Source: Candidatus Latescibacterota bacterium
GTDB taxonomy: Bacteria; Latescibacterota; UBA2968; UBA8231
Reading direction: 5' to 3'
Length of the DNA stretch: 64,000 nucleotides
Assembly (NCBI GenBank): GCA_965217585.1
Contig: OZ244561.1
Coordinates: 2,080,001-2,144,000 of the forward strand
Shown here piece by piece: positions 46,721 to 56,385 of this stretch (position 1 is the stretch's first letter; the number at the start of each line of letters is the position of its first letter). The notes under the pieces were generated by a model that was given only the letters and a program-made list of their open reading frames with translations, was not told the DNA's origin and did not search any database. The translations under genes and the position numbers were made by a program.

Positions 46721-48358
46721 ATGGCTACATCCTACCGCGACGCCCTAGAACACATCCGCCGCGCCTTTCCCCAACCAGTATCCGACCCCATTCACGATTC
46801 GTATTTCGTGCATTCCATCATGCGTGCCTTGGATCAGGTCGATGCGCTGAAGATGCAGTTGCCGACGCTTGGTCCGGTGGTTTCTGGCGACTTTGCTGAA
46901 GCGCAAAACGCCGAGCTGCCCGCTGAGATGTCTTCGGTCGAGGCGGTTACCTCCGATCTCGTCAGCTACCTGCGCGGCATAACCATCTCCAGCCATCCCC
47001 ACACCCAACAAAACGTCATCGCGCCCCCGACCATCCCCAGCCTCATCGGCGTCTTACTCGCCTCGTTGCACAACCCCAACATCGCCTGGGATGAGTACAG
47101 CCGTCTCGTCGCCTTGGCCGAAGTCGAAGCGGTCGGCATTACCGCGCGGATGGTTGGCTACGACCCACAACAGGCCAGCGGCACGTTTACCTTTGGCGGG
47201 ACCGGCACCACGCTCTATGGGGTAAAGATCGGTCTGGAAAAAGCCTGCCCCCGGGCCATGGACCAGGGCGTACCTAAAGATGTAGTGGTCCTCGTTTCCG
47301 ACGCCGGGCACTATTGCGCCCACAACATCGTCGGATGGCTCGGCATTGGCACCGACCAGTTGATCGTCATTCCGACAATAGCCGACAACGAAATCGACCT
47401 CGCGCAGCTAGCGGATGCAGCGCGGGGGGCCTTGGACAGCGGAAAAAAGATCGCCGCCATTATTGCGACTATGGGGACTACGGATGCGTTCGGCTTGGAC
47501 GACTTGCAGGCGATTGCGACCTTGCGCGACTCGCTCGTCGATGAATTCCAACTCTCCTACCGCCCGCACATCCACGCCGACTCGGTCATTGGCTGGGCGT
47601 GGTCGGTGTTCAACGACTACGATTTTCAGGACAACCCCTTGGAGTTTCGACCGCGGACCCTGCGCGCCCTCGCTGGCGCGTGCCGGCGCATCCGCCATCT
47701 GGCGCTGGCCGATTCCATGGGCATTGACTTCCACAAGACCGGCTTTGCCCCGTATATCTCCAGCCTGGTCCTCGTCAAAGATCGCACGGATTTGCACCTA
47801 CTGATACGCAGCCCGGAGCAGATGCCGTACCTCTATCACTTTGGCGACCACCGCCCCGGCATGTACACTCTCGAAACATCCAGAGCCGGGACCGGCCCAC
47901 TGACTGCGCTGGCCAATTTTCGCTTTTTCGGCGAGCAGGGATTGCGCGTCGCACTCGGGCACATCGTCGAGATGACCCAGCTTTTGCGCGAGCACCTCGA
48001 AGGACACGAAGCCATCACCGTGCTCAACCGCGACAACTTTGGCACGGTAACGCTCTTCCGGGTGTATCCACCCGACGTGGATACTTTTGCGATCAAGCGC
48101 CAAGAATTTGACGATCCGGCCTATCGGGAGACGCTGCTAGCCCACAACGACTACAACCGAAAAATTTTCGATTACGTGCATGCGGAGGCCATGGCCGGAC
48201 GCGGGGTCGTCCTTTCCTCGACCGACTGCTACCGGCACACCCAATATCAGGAACCGATTGTCGCGCTGAAGTCCTTTATCGTGTCGCCGTTTGTGGATGA
48301 AGGGGATATCGAAGTCGTAGTGGCAAAGGTCTTGGAAGCAAGAGAAAAGCTCGCCTGA
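46721..48358 (+). CDS. Group II PLP-dependent decarboxylase
   Basis: FTFGGTG, HY, ATMGTTDAFGLDD, HIHAD, DSMGIDFHK (PLP Lys) and TLETSR. Confidence 0.9.
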   Translation: MATSYRDALEHIRRAFPQPVSDPIHDSYFVHSIMRALDQVDALKMQLPTLGPVVSGDFAEAQNAELPAEMSSVEAVTSDLVSYLRGITISSHPHTQQNVIAPPTIPSLIGVLLASLHNPNIAWDEYSRLVALAEVEAVGITARMVGYDPQQASGTFTFGGTGTTLYGVKIGLEKACPRAMDQGVPKDVVVLVSDAGHYCAHNIVGWLGIGTDQLIVIPTIADNEIDLAQLADAARGALDSGKKIAAIIATMGTTDAFGLDDLQAIATLRDSLVDEFQLSYRPHIHADSVIGWAWSVFNDYDFQDNPLEFRPRTLRALAGACRRIRHLALADSMGIDFHKTGFAPYISSLVLVKDRTDLHLLIRSPEQMPYLYHFGDHRPGMYTLETSRAGTGPLTALANFRFFGEQGLRVALGHIVEMTQLLREHLEGHEAITVLNRDNFGTVTLFRVYPPDVDTFAIKRQEFDDPAYRETLLAHNDYNRKIFDYVHAEAMAGRGVVLSSTDCYRHTQYQEPIVALKSFIVSPFVDEGDIEVVVAKVLEAREKLA

Positions 48359-48366
48359 AGCCGCCG

Positions 48367-49731
48367 CTATTTCTCCTGCGCTACCACGGCGTCCCGGATT
48401 TCGCGGATGGTGCCTTCCAGCCGGTCTAGACGCTCGTTGGTGTCTTTTATGTCTTCCTGAATTTTCGTTACGATCCCGACCTGCTCTTCAAGCTCCTCGA
48501 CCTTCAAGGAGTCCTCATCGCTTACGAGGATGCTCGTCAGCGTCGCCGTAAAAACACCCACTAGAACCATACCCGTAATCACCAGAAAAACGGTGAGGAT
48601 TTTGCCCGAAGCCGTCTCGGGATTGTGGATGTCGGCGTACCCACCGGTGACCAGCGTCGTAAAACTCCACCAAAGACTCGCCCAGAATCCCGAACCAGAA
48701 TCCATGCGCTCCAAGCCCATGAAAATGCAGGCCCCAAACACGAGCGATAACAAGCCGTATAGTAGGGACCGCTTGAGGAGCCGCACGTCCAAGGTGGAGC
48801 TCAAGTGATCCATGCCTCGCCAGAAAAACAGCGCGATGCGGAACACTCTCAGCGCCCGCAAAATCCGCATGGCCCGGAGCAGACGCCCGAGGCGGACAAA
48901 CTCCAGTTGGCCGGACGCGGCAATGACTTGCACTGGAGGCAGCGGAATGGACGTTATGAAGTCGATCCAGTTGCGCTTCCAGTACCACTTTTTGGACGCG
49001 GCGAGGGTGTGTTCAAAAAAGAAGTTGACCATAAAAACCGTGCAGCAGATCACGTCGAGGATCCAAAATAGCCACAGCTTGCCGACTGCAAAGTGGGGCG
49101 CGATCTCCACTGTGGGATTGACGTAGTGTTCGCCGGCCTCAATGACTTCCACTTGGGTTAGCTTGCCCTCGACGACCTGCCCGGTAACCAAGGCACCAGA
49201 CCCCACTTTGTCCTCTATTTCAATATTCACCCGTTCGTAGCTAGTGCCCTCACTCAGAACGACGACTCGGCGTATCTGGCCGTTCTCAACTTCGGCTCGG
49301 GCAACGGCCCCGCCGCCAGTGGCCCCAATGCCGAGCAAGTCAACCACCAGAATGCCAATAATAAAAAGGATGAGGAAAAAGATGAGCATGTCTTTGACCA
49401 TCACCCTTTTGGTACTGCCAAGCACCCGCGCCTGTTGGTTCATCAGGTGCTTCTTTTGCCGTGCTTCCTCAATGATCGCGGCCTTGTCTAGCAGCTTATC
49501 TTTTTCGGCGTTTAACCTTGCGATCTGCGATTCAGCTTTATCCAGATTCAGTTCGTATTGGCCGTGCCTTTTGCTCAAACTGACCGTTTCTACCTTCTCG
49601 ATCATTTCGTCGAGTTCTTTTTCTTTTTCGGCTAGCTGACGGTCAATACTATCTATCTCCTGCATTACCACATCCTTCATCTTGGTAATGCGTTCGAGAG
49701 AGCACGATTCCAGTCGCTTTGAGAATGACAT
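48367..49731 (-). CDS. 6-TM voltage-sensor cation channel-like protein
   Basis: N- and C-terminal coiled coils, NWIDFITSIP (S3), RLGRLLRAMRILRALRVFR (S4), WWSFTTLVTGGYAD pore and a hydrophobic S6. Confidence 0.88.
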   Translation of the reverse strand: MSFSKRLESCSLERITKMKDVVMQEIDSIDRQLAEKEKELDEMIEKVETVSLSKRHGQYELNLDKAESQIARLNAEKDKLLDKAAIIEEARQKKHLMNQQARVLGSTKRVMVKDMLIFFLILFIIGILVVDLLGIGATGGGAVARAEVENGQIRRVVVLSEGTSYERVNIEIEDKVGSGALVTGQVVEGKLTQVEVIEAGEHYVNPTVEIAPHFAVGKLWLFWILDVICCTVFMVNFFFEHTLAASKKWYWKRNWIDFITSIPLPPVQVIAASGQLEFVRLGRLLRAMRILRALRVFRIALFFWRGMDHLSSTLDVRLLKRSLLYGLLSLVFGACIFMGLERMDSGSGFWASLWWSFTTLVTGGYADIHNPETASGKILTVFLVITGMVLVGVFTATLTSILVSDEDSLKVEELEEQVGIVTKIQEDIKDTNERLDRLEGTIREIRDAVVAQEK

Positions 49732-49771
49732 GGTCTGTCGTCCTGTGTAGTTTGCGGGTCCTCGATCCCTC

Positions 49772-51445
49772 TCAGAACAACCCCTTGATCTGTCCTGCGT
49801 CGTCGAGGTCAATCGACTCGGCCGAGGGCTTCTTTGGCAGGCCAGGCATCGTCATAATATCGCCCGTCAGCACCACCACAAAGCCAGCCCCCGCCGAGAC
49901 CTTGACGTCGCGGATCGGCACGTCAAAGCCGCGCGGCCGCCCTTTGAGCCCAGGATCGGTCGATAGCGAGTACTGGGTCTTGGCGATGCAGACGGGCAGG
50001 TTGCCGTAGCCTTCGTCCTCCAGCCGCCTGAACTTGCTCCGCAGCATCTTGTCGCCCATGATGTCGTCGGCCCCGTAGATCGCTTGGGCAACGGTGCGGA
50101 CCTTGTCCCAAAGCCGCATGTCATCGGGATAGAGCAACTTGAAATCACTCTGCGTGTTTTCGGCCACCTGTACCACGGTGCGGGCGAGGTCTTCGGCACC
50201 CGCGCCACCGCGAGCGTGGTGATCCGCGGGGACGATCTCAACGCCGAGGTGAGCGCACTTGTCGTGGATGGACTGAATCTCGTCGTCGGTGTCCGTGGCG
50301 AAGGCATTGACGGCTACGACGACGGGCAAGCCGAAGAGGCGGATGTTTTCGATGTGCTTCTTGAGGTTTTCGACGCCCCGTTCAACCGCCCCGACATTGG
50401 GTTTGGCGATGCTTTTGAGCGCGGCACCGCCGTGAAATTTGAGTGCGCGCACCGTGGCTACCAATACTACGAGGTCGGGTGCTAGGCCACTCTGGCGGCA
50501 CTTGATGTTGGCGAATTTTTCCGCGCCCAAGTCCGCGCCAAAGCCGGCCTCGGTGACGGTGTATTCGGATAGGCGCGTGCTCAGGCGGGTGGCGGCGATG
50601 GAGTTGCAGCCGTGGGCAATATTGGCAAAAGGACCGCCGTGGACTAAAGCCGGGTTGCCCTCTAGGGTCTGCACCAAGTTGGGTTGGCAGGCGTCCTTGA
50701 GCAGCACTGCCATAGCGCCGTGGACCGCTAGGTCCGCAGCGCGAACGGTCTCGCGGGCGCGGGTCTGGGCGACGACGATCCGGCCCAGCCGCTCTTTGAG
50801 CTCGGCCCGCGATTCGGACAGGCAGAGGATGGCCATGACCTCCGAGGCGACGGCAATGTCGAACCCCGATTGGCGCGGAAAGGAGTTGGCAGTCCCCCCT
50901 AGCCCAACGACGATCTCGCGCAGTGCCCGGTCATTTATATCGAGGACGCGGTTCCAGACGATGCGGCGGTGATCAATGCGGCGCACATTGCCGTGGTGGA
51001 TGTAGTTGTCGAGGGCCGCGGCGAGTAGGTTGTGCGCGGTGGAGACGGCGTGGATATCGCCAGTGAAGTGCAAGTTGATGTCCTCCATCGGTGCCACCTG
51101 AGCGTAGCCGCCGCCAGCACCGCCGCCCTTCATGCCGAAGCAAGGCCCCAGCGAAGGCTCCCGCAGGCAGACAGTGGCGCGCTTGCCAATGCGGTTGAGC
51201 GCGTCGCCGAGGCCGATGGTGGTTGTGGTCTTGCCCTCGCCAGCCGGAGTCGGGTTGATGGCCGAGACGAGGACCAACTTGCCGGTAGTCGGTGCGTTTT
51301 CGAGCTGCTGGCAGAAATCCTGCGAGATCTTGGCCTTGACGCGGCCATAGTGTTCGAGGTGTTCGGAGCCGATCCCGAGTTGGGCGGCCACGTCGTCGAT
51401 GGGGCGGAGTGAGGTCTGGCGAGCGATTTCGATATCCGGTAGCAA
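49772..51445 (-). CDS. fhs: Formate--tetrahydrofolate ligase
   Basis: [58 protein letters not shown] and MTMPGLP; TTG after AGGAG. Confidence 0.97.
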   Translation of the reverse strand: MLPDIEIARQTSLRPIDDVAAQLGIGSEHLEHYGRVKAKISQDFCQQLENAPTTGKLVLVSAINPTPAGEGKTTTTIGLGDALNRIGKRATVCLREPSLGPCFGMKGGGAGGGYAQVAPMEDINLHFTGDIHAVSTAHNLLAAALDNYIHHGNVRRIDHRRIVWNRVLDINDRALREIVVGLGGTANSFPRQSGFDIAVASEVMAILCLSESRAELKERLGRIVVAQTRARETVRAADLAVHGAMAVLLKDACQPNLVQTLEGNPALVHGGPFANIAHGCNSIAATRLSTRLSEYTVTEAGFGADLGAEKFANIKCRQSGLAPDLVVLVATVRALKFHGGAALKSIAKPNVGAVERGVENLKKHIENIRLFGLPVVVAVNAFATDTDDEIQSIHDKCAHLGVEIVPADHHARGGAGAEDLARTVVQVAENTQSDFKLLYPDDMRLWDKVRTVAQAIYGADDIMGDKMLRSKFRRLEDEGYGNLPVCIAKTQYSLSTDPGLKGRPRGFDVPIRDVKVSAGAGFVVVLTGDIMTMPGLPKKPSAESIDLDDAGQIKGLF

Positions 51446-51473
51446 AGTGAACTCCTGATTTGAATAAGTTGGC

Positions 51474-52292
51474 CTATACGCCGCAAAACGCGGAAAAGCC
51501 GCCATCGATGGGCACGATGGCACCGGTGACAAACGCGGATGCATCCGAAAAGAGCCACAGGGCCGTGCCGACGACCTCGTGCGGGTCGCCGAAGCGGGCC
51601 ATGGGGACGTTTTTGAGAATGGTCTGGCCGCGGTCGGTCAATTCGCCGCTTGTTTGATCGAGGAGCAGGAAGCGGTTTTGCGTGGTGATCATAAAGCCAG
51701 GGGCCACGGCATTGACGCGAATTTTGGACGCGTAGGTCGTGGCCATATGCACAGCTAGCCAGCGGGTGAAACTATCGGCGGCAGCCTTGCCGTTGGAATA
51801 CGCCAAGGCCCGCGACAGCGGCAGCCCGCCGCCGATTGAGGTGATATTGACGACGGTGCCCTCGCCGTTAGCGGCGAAGACGCGGCCCACGGCCTGCGAG
51901 GGCAGGACGGCGCTTAGATAGTTGAGATCCATCACCATCTTGACCGCCTCTGGATCAATATCAAAGAATTCGAGTTCCGGGGAAGTGGTGGTATCCTTGT
52001 GGCTGCCGCCAGCCCCGTTGAGCAGGAAGTCGATGGTGCCAAAGTGCCCGATAGTCTCCGCGAGCGCGGTCTCGACGCTGTCTTTGCTGACGACGTTGCA
52101 CTCGACGGGGAGGACTTTGTTGGGGAAGTCTTGGTTGATCTCGTCGGCTTTGGCGCGGGCCGCCTCTGGCGCAATGTCCCAGATCGCCACCTCAGCGCCA
52201 GCTCGGGCGAGGCCGCGGGCGATCTCGCCGCCAATGGCACCGCCGGCGCCGGTCGCCACGGCCTTTTTGCCGTGGAAGTCAAAAGTAGTCAA
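51474..52292 (-). CDS. SDR oxidoreductase (D-mannonate oxidoreductase-like)
   Basis: [28 protein letters not shown] and [15 protein letters not shown]. Confidence 0.9.
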   Translation of the reverse strand: MTTFDFHGKKAVATGAGGAIGGEIARGLARAGAEVAIWDIAPEAARAKADEINQDFPNKVLPVECNVVSKDSVETALAETIGHFGTIDFLLNGAGGSHKDTTTSPELEFFDIDPEAVKMVMDLNYLSAVLPSQAVGRVFAANGEGTVVNITSIGGGLPLSRALAYSNGKAAADSFTRWLAVHMATTYASKIRVNAVAPGFMITTQNRFLLLDQTSGELTDRGQTILKNVPMARFGDPHEVVGTALWLFSDASAFVTGAIVPIDGGFSAFCGV

Positions 52293-52439
52293 GGTGATGC
52301 CTCTCCTTCTGTTAAAATTCAGTCGCTGAGCCGTAGCGCCGACCGATGCGAGGTCCGGGCCGAGGAGTCGTCAATTCGGGAGATGTCAATGAAAAGGTGG
52401 GAAATACTCATCGTCGCCGCGCTGGAGGCCAAGACATCG

Positions 52440-53252
52440 CTAGCGGCCCCTGCTCAGCGCCGGTGCCAACGCCGCGTAGCCGACCGCGCAGGATTCGTCG
52501 AAATCCATGGTGACAAACGTCTCTATCGCCATGGCCTCGGCAAAGCCGATGTCCCGGAGCGCCTGCACGATGCGCGGATAGTCGAGGCTTCCTTGGCCGG
52601 GGATTTTGTGGTCCCAGTCGGGATAGGTGCCGATGTGGTCCTTGAGGTGGGCGTGTACGATGCGCCCCTGCCACTGATGGGCAACTGCGACCGGATCCAA
52701 GCCGAGGAGCGTCAGATAGCAAGGGTCGAAATTGACGCCAAAGGACGCGCTGCCGACCTCGTCGTGCAGATCCAAGAAGCGTTCGGGGGTGTCGGTGAGC
52801 CAGCCGGCCCACACGCCATCAACCGCCAACTGCACGTTGCGCGGCACTGCGTAGGCAAGCGCGTCTTGGAGATAGGCGACGACTCGCTGCCAAGCCTCGG
52901 CTCGCTGGGCGGAATCGTCCTTGGGACCGCCCATGTGGAAGACGACGAGCGGTGCGCCGACATCCACAGCCAGATCAACCGATCCCTTGAGGTCGAGCGG
53001 TTCGTCGGTAAAGAGCGAGTTAGCGAGATTGGCGTGGGTGATGACGGCTTCGATGGTGAGACCTAGCCGCTCGGCCGTGCTCCGCGTCTGCGTGCGCAAT
53101 TCGGGCGTCACTGAGCGCGGGTCCGCCGACGGCCCGTGAGTCCCCGAGATGTCAATGCCGTCGTAGCCAGTAGCGGTGATTTTTTCCAAGGCCGGCTCGA
53201 GCGGCATTGCGAGCCGGTCGGTGTAGCTATAGGTGTAAAAGGCGAGGCGCAT
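52440..53252 (-). CDS. Sugar phosphate isomerase/epimerase (TIM barrel)
   Basis: GYDGIDI, GVNFDP, HAHLKD, PGQGSLDY and IET. Confidence 0.85.
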   Translation of the reverse strand: MRLAFYTYSYTDRLAMPLEPALEKITATGYDGIDISGTHGPSADPRSVTPELRTQTRSTAERLGLTIEAVITHANLANSLFTDEPLDLKGSVDLAVDVGAPLVVFHMGGPKDDSAQRAEAWQRVVAYLQDALAYAVPRNVQLAVDGVWAGWLTDTPERFLDLHDEVGSASFGVNFDPCYLTLLGLDPVAVAHQWQGRIVHAHLKDHIGTYPDWDHKIPGQGSLDYPRIVQALRDIGFAEAMAIETFVTMDFDESCAVGYAALAPALSRGR

Positions 53253-53380
53253 AGCTCAAATTAATTTGCTGGATGCCGACGTACATAGAAGGCTTCTTCC
53301 TTGGTATAAGGAAGCAAAGCACACATCTTATTCTATTTAATCGAACCCCTTTTTGCAATTTTACCCAGAGGAGATACGAC

Positions 53381-54463
53381 ATGGCACAACCGTTGGGCGC
53401 GGCCTACAAACAGATCGCGGCGACGCAGCCGCGCGGAACGTATCGCGGCGCAGTGGTCGGGTGCGGGCGGATGGGCAGCACCATCGACGACGAGCACATC
53501 GGAATGGCGCACTATCCGTGGCCGTGGGCACACGCCCCGGCGATGATCGAAGCGCGGGGTATTGAGCTGATCGGTGCGGCCGACGTGGATCGGGCCAAGT
53601 TAGACGACTTTGCCCAGCGCTGGGGTGTGGACGCCCTGTATGAAGACTACCGCGAGTTGGTCGCCCAAGAGCGGCCCGATGTGGTGGCGGTGACGACGCG
53701 GCCCGACGAGCGAGCCGAGGTGGTCATTGGCCTAGCCGAGGCCGGGGTGCGGGCGATTTTTGCCACCAAGCCGATGTGCCGCACCTTGGCCGAAGCCGAT
53801 GCGATGATCGCGGCGTGCAAAGCAAGCGGGACCATTCTTTCCATCGCCTGTCATCTCAATTGGTATAGCTGGTACACGAATGCGCGGCAGACCATGGCTG
53901 AGGGGGCGATTGGCCGGTTGCGCTCTATGGTTTGCCACAGCCCGCACAGCCTGTCGAATCTGCAAAGCCATACGCTGGCCCTGTTTCGGCTCTTTGCCGG
54001 AGCGCCGGCCGAGTGGGTGATGGGCGAGATGGACGATGACGAGCAGGCCGCGGCCGACCGGGATTTATCTGGCTCGGGCTACATTGCCTACGCCAATGGA
54101 GTGCGCGGCTTTTTGAACTCCCGCGCCGACCGCTCGGGGCATGGGTGGACCTTGGAGTTTATCGGCGAGCGCGGGATGATCGTCTCGCGCAACGCCCACG
54201 CGCAATTCGAGCTGTGGGGGGCGCATCCAGAGACCGGCGAGCCGATCCAGCGGCCATTTCCCAATCCGTGGCACCCGCGCTCGTCCATGGTCGATGCGAT
54301 TGAGGGCGTCTGTCGGGCGATTGAGGAGGGGGAAGAGCGGATTTGCCCTGGGGAATTTGGGCGCGAGGCGCTGGAGATTGCCATTGGCTTGCGCGAGTCG
54401 CACCGGCAGGGCAATGGGCGGGTGGATTTGCCGCTGGCGGATCGGGCGTTGCGGATGGGTTAG
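53381..54463 (+). CDS. Gfo/Idh/MocA family oxidoreductase
   Basis: VVGCGRMG, YEDYRELV..PDVV, ATKPM (variant of EKP) and GREALEIAIG; GAGGAG RBS. Confidence 0.88.
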   Translation: MAQPLGAAYKQIAATQPRGTYRGAVVGCGRMGSTIDDEHIGMAHYPWPWAHAPAMIEARGIELIGAADVDRAKLDDFAQRWGVDALYEDYRELVAQERPDVVAVTTRPDERAEVVIGLAEAGVRAIFATKPMCRTLAEADAMIAACKASGTILSIACHLNWYSWYTNARQTMAEGAIGRLRSMVCHSPHSLSNLQSHTLALFRLFAGAPAEWVMGEMDDDEQAAADRDLSGSGYIAYANGVRGFLNSRADRSGHGWTLEFIGERGMIVSRNAHAQFELWGAHPETGEPIQRPFPNPWHPRSSMVDAIEGVCRAIEEGEERICPGEFGREALEIAIGLRESHRQGNGRVDLPLADRALRMG

Positions 54464-54472
54464 GCGCAATGG

Positions 54473-54546
54473 TAGTGCGTCGCTTTGAAAATTTCAGTCC
54501 CTGATAAAGGGACAAAATATCCAAGAAATTTCAAAGTGACGCACTA
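54473..54546. mobile_element. MITE-like element with TA-flanked terminal inverted repeats
   Basis: TA-gtgcgtcgctttgaaa ... tttcaaagtgacgcac-TA (16-bp TIR, one mismatch), with an internal gtccct/agggac hairpin. Confidence 0.65.
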
Positions 54547-54673
54547 TCAAGAATAACTTGTATGCCTTCTTTCACCGGCCTATCTTGGGCTACCCGGCTC
54601 CCTCGGGAGCCACTAAGGTGGTGTCAACGCCACTGTCTTGATACATCCAATCCCTTTTCAAGAGGTTATTTTC

Positions 54674-55273
54674 ATGCTGAGAGTATCCGTATCCGTCGTC
54701 GTAGTTGTATTGATTCACGTGATCCTATCCGCTCCGTCATATGCAGCTGAAAGCAAAATGGAACGGTGGTACACCTTGTGGAACATAGGCTATGGTCAAA
54801 ACGGCTATCCTTTGGGGTTGGAAGAATTTTTGGATGATATGGATGTCGAGCATCCTACGGGGACGACCGCCGACGTGCTTGGCTTCTATGTCCCACTCGG
54901 CGAGCAGACCCTGATAGGGACCATCATCAACGGCAGCGGCGACGTGTATAAATGGAAAAACAGCAAAACCGAGATCGATATTTACCTCTATATATGGGGT
55001 GCCAGTTTGATCCATTTTCCTAACGCCAAGATAGGAGATGGAGGCTTTCTGCGAGCCGACGTAGGCGCAGCTTTCGGCTCGGTTGAGGTAGTCCAAGACG
55101 GCGAAGAATTAGAGTCGAGAAGCGATATAGGGATAGGCATCCTCGCCGGGGGCGGCTATGCTTGGCCTGTCATGGAAGGCACGCGTCTTATGGGAGGGTT
55201 GCAATTTGCACTACGGCGGATCGAGAAGGACCACTACATAAGCGTCGGTTTGACCCTTGGTGCTCTGTTCTAA
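54674..55273 (+). CDS. Small outer-membrane beta-barrel-like hypothetical protein
   Basis: Signal peptide ending SYA, amphipathic Gly/aromatic strands and C-terminal Phe (SVGLTLGALF). Confidence 0.7.
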   Translation: MLRVSVSVVVVVLIHVILSAPSYAAESKMERWYTLWNIGYGQNGYPLGLEEFLDDMDVEHPTGTTADVLGFYVPLGEQTLIGTIINGSGDVYKWKNSKTEIDIYLYIWGASLIHFPNAKIGDGGFLRADVGAAFGSVEVVQDGEELESRSDIGIGILAGGGYAWPVMEGTRLMGGLQFALRRIEKDHYISVGLTLGALF

Positions 55274-55283
55274 ACTTGACGAC

Positions 55284-55775
55284 CTATTCGTCCGTCCTTT
55301 GTGGTAGCGCAGGCGATTCAGAGCGCTCTTTGAATTCGACTTCAAGAGCGCGAATAGGGTCGGAGTCATGCGCCAATCCAGACACCGTCCCCAACAACGT
55401 CAGGGCATTATTGTGAAGTTGAAAGGCGTCCGCCGAAAGATATCCCCCTGACCCAACCGAACGAACAATCACGACAGTTTCTGGTGATCCGTCGCTGTCC
55501 AAATCGGAGAATTTTATACTTTCAACGACCCCGTCGCGCGGCCTTACAGTACCTGCAATAAAGCGGTCATAAGGGAAGCGGGGATCGGTTCCAGCGTATG
55601 TTCGGATACTATAGCTGCCAATACTTCTCGGCTCAAAGTCCCCTTCAGCCACAACTACAATTGTCGAGGCTTCTGGCACCACGGCCTTCCTGATTCGGCG
55701 GGTGGTTTCATCGGCCTCTAAAGCGGTAGAAGTCACAAGCGCGAACCCTAGACACAACAGCCGCATTACATTCAT
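55284..55775 (-). CDS. pliI: PliI-family inhibitor of invertebrate-type lysozyme
   Basis: Signal peptide, VVAEGDFEPRSIGSYSIR.Y, RPRDG, DLDSDG and RSVGSGGYLSADAF (SGxY loop). Confidence 0.85.
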   Translation of the reverse strand: MNVMRLLCLGFALVTSTALEADETTRRIRKAVVPEASTIVVVAEGDFEPRSIGSYSIRTYAGTDPRFPYDRFIAGTVRPRDGVVESIKFSDLDSDGSPETVVIVRSVGSGGYLSADAFQLHNNALTLLGTVSGLAHDSDPIRALEVEFKERSESPALPQRTDE

Positions 55776-56305
55776 AGCTAAACCCTCGCCTTTCGATTCG
55801 GCACAAGTCGAACAGACCAATAGCATAAGCATTATTTTTGGAATCGCCGCGTCTGCGTTTTATACGGCGACCTTAGTACGCCACACCGGGCTACCAAAAC
55901 GTGCACGTGGGGGTTGAGATCGTCCATCAGCGTGAAGAAGCCGTGTCTGGCGCATGGGTCGTGAACTTTCTAGTTTCCGTGCGTCGTTCCCTGAAATGTC
56001 GTTTCTCGTATGCCCATCTCCTACGACAGTCCAACTCATGGGCGCTATTCTCCTGAGTCCGGCCACGAGAAAACTAAATCAAAACGTTTCACAACAGAAA
56101 ACCCGGCTCCGCGAACCGGTCGTCACGTAGGGTCAGATGGTCCGCGTCACGGAACTCCGTAGCGTACGTCGCATTGCGGGCGGCGTTGGGATCTTGCTGT
56201 AAGGCTCATTATAGCGGTCTACTCCTACCCATACTGCTCCCCAGGCGCGAGACACAGCCGAGAAGCCGAAGCATAGATCCGGCATTCGCCTAGAGCAACC
56301 GCGCA

Positions 56306-56342
56306 AAAGCAAGGGCCGTCCAACATCTGCTTGGACGGCCCT
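56306..56342 (-). terminator. Intrinsic terminator after the FlgD-Ig domain gene
   Basis: agggccgtccaa / ttggacggccct 12-bp stem followed by tgctttt on the minus strand. Confidence 0.75.
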
Positions 56343-56385
56343 GTGTCGTATCGCACTTACGTCGTAGGGTATTACCTACCCCTTT

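Noticed and set aside
51999-53066. Long antisense ORFs (also 8738-9400, 25033-25980, 26397-27398)
   Set aside because: Shadow frames of well-supported genes in high-GC DNA, with no motifs of their own.
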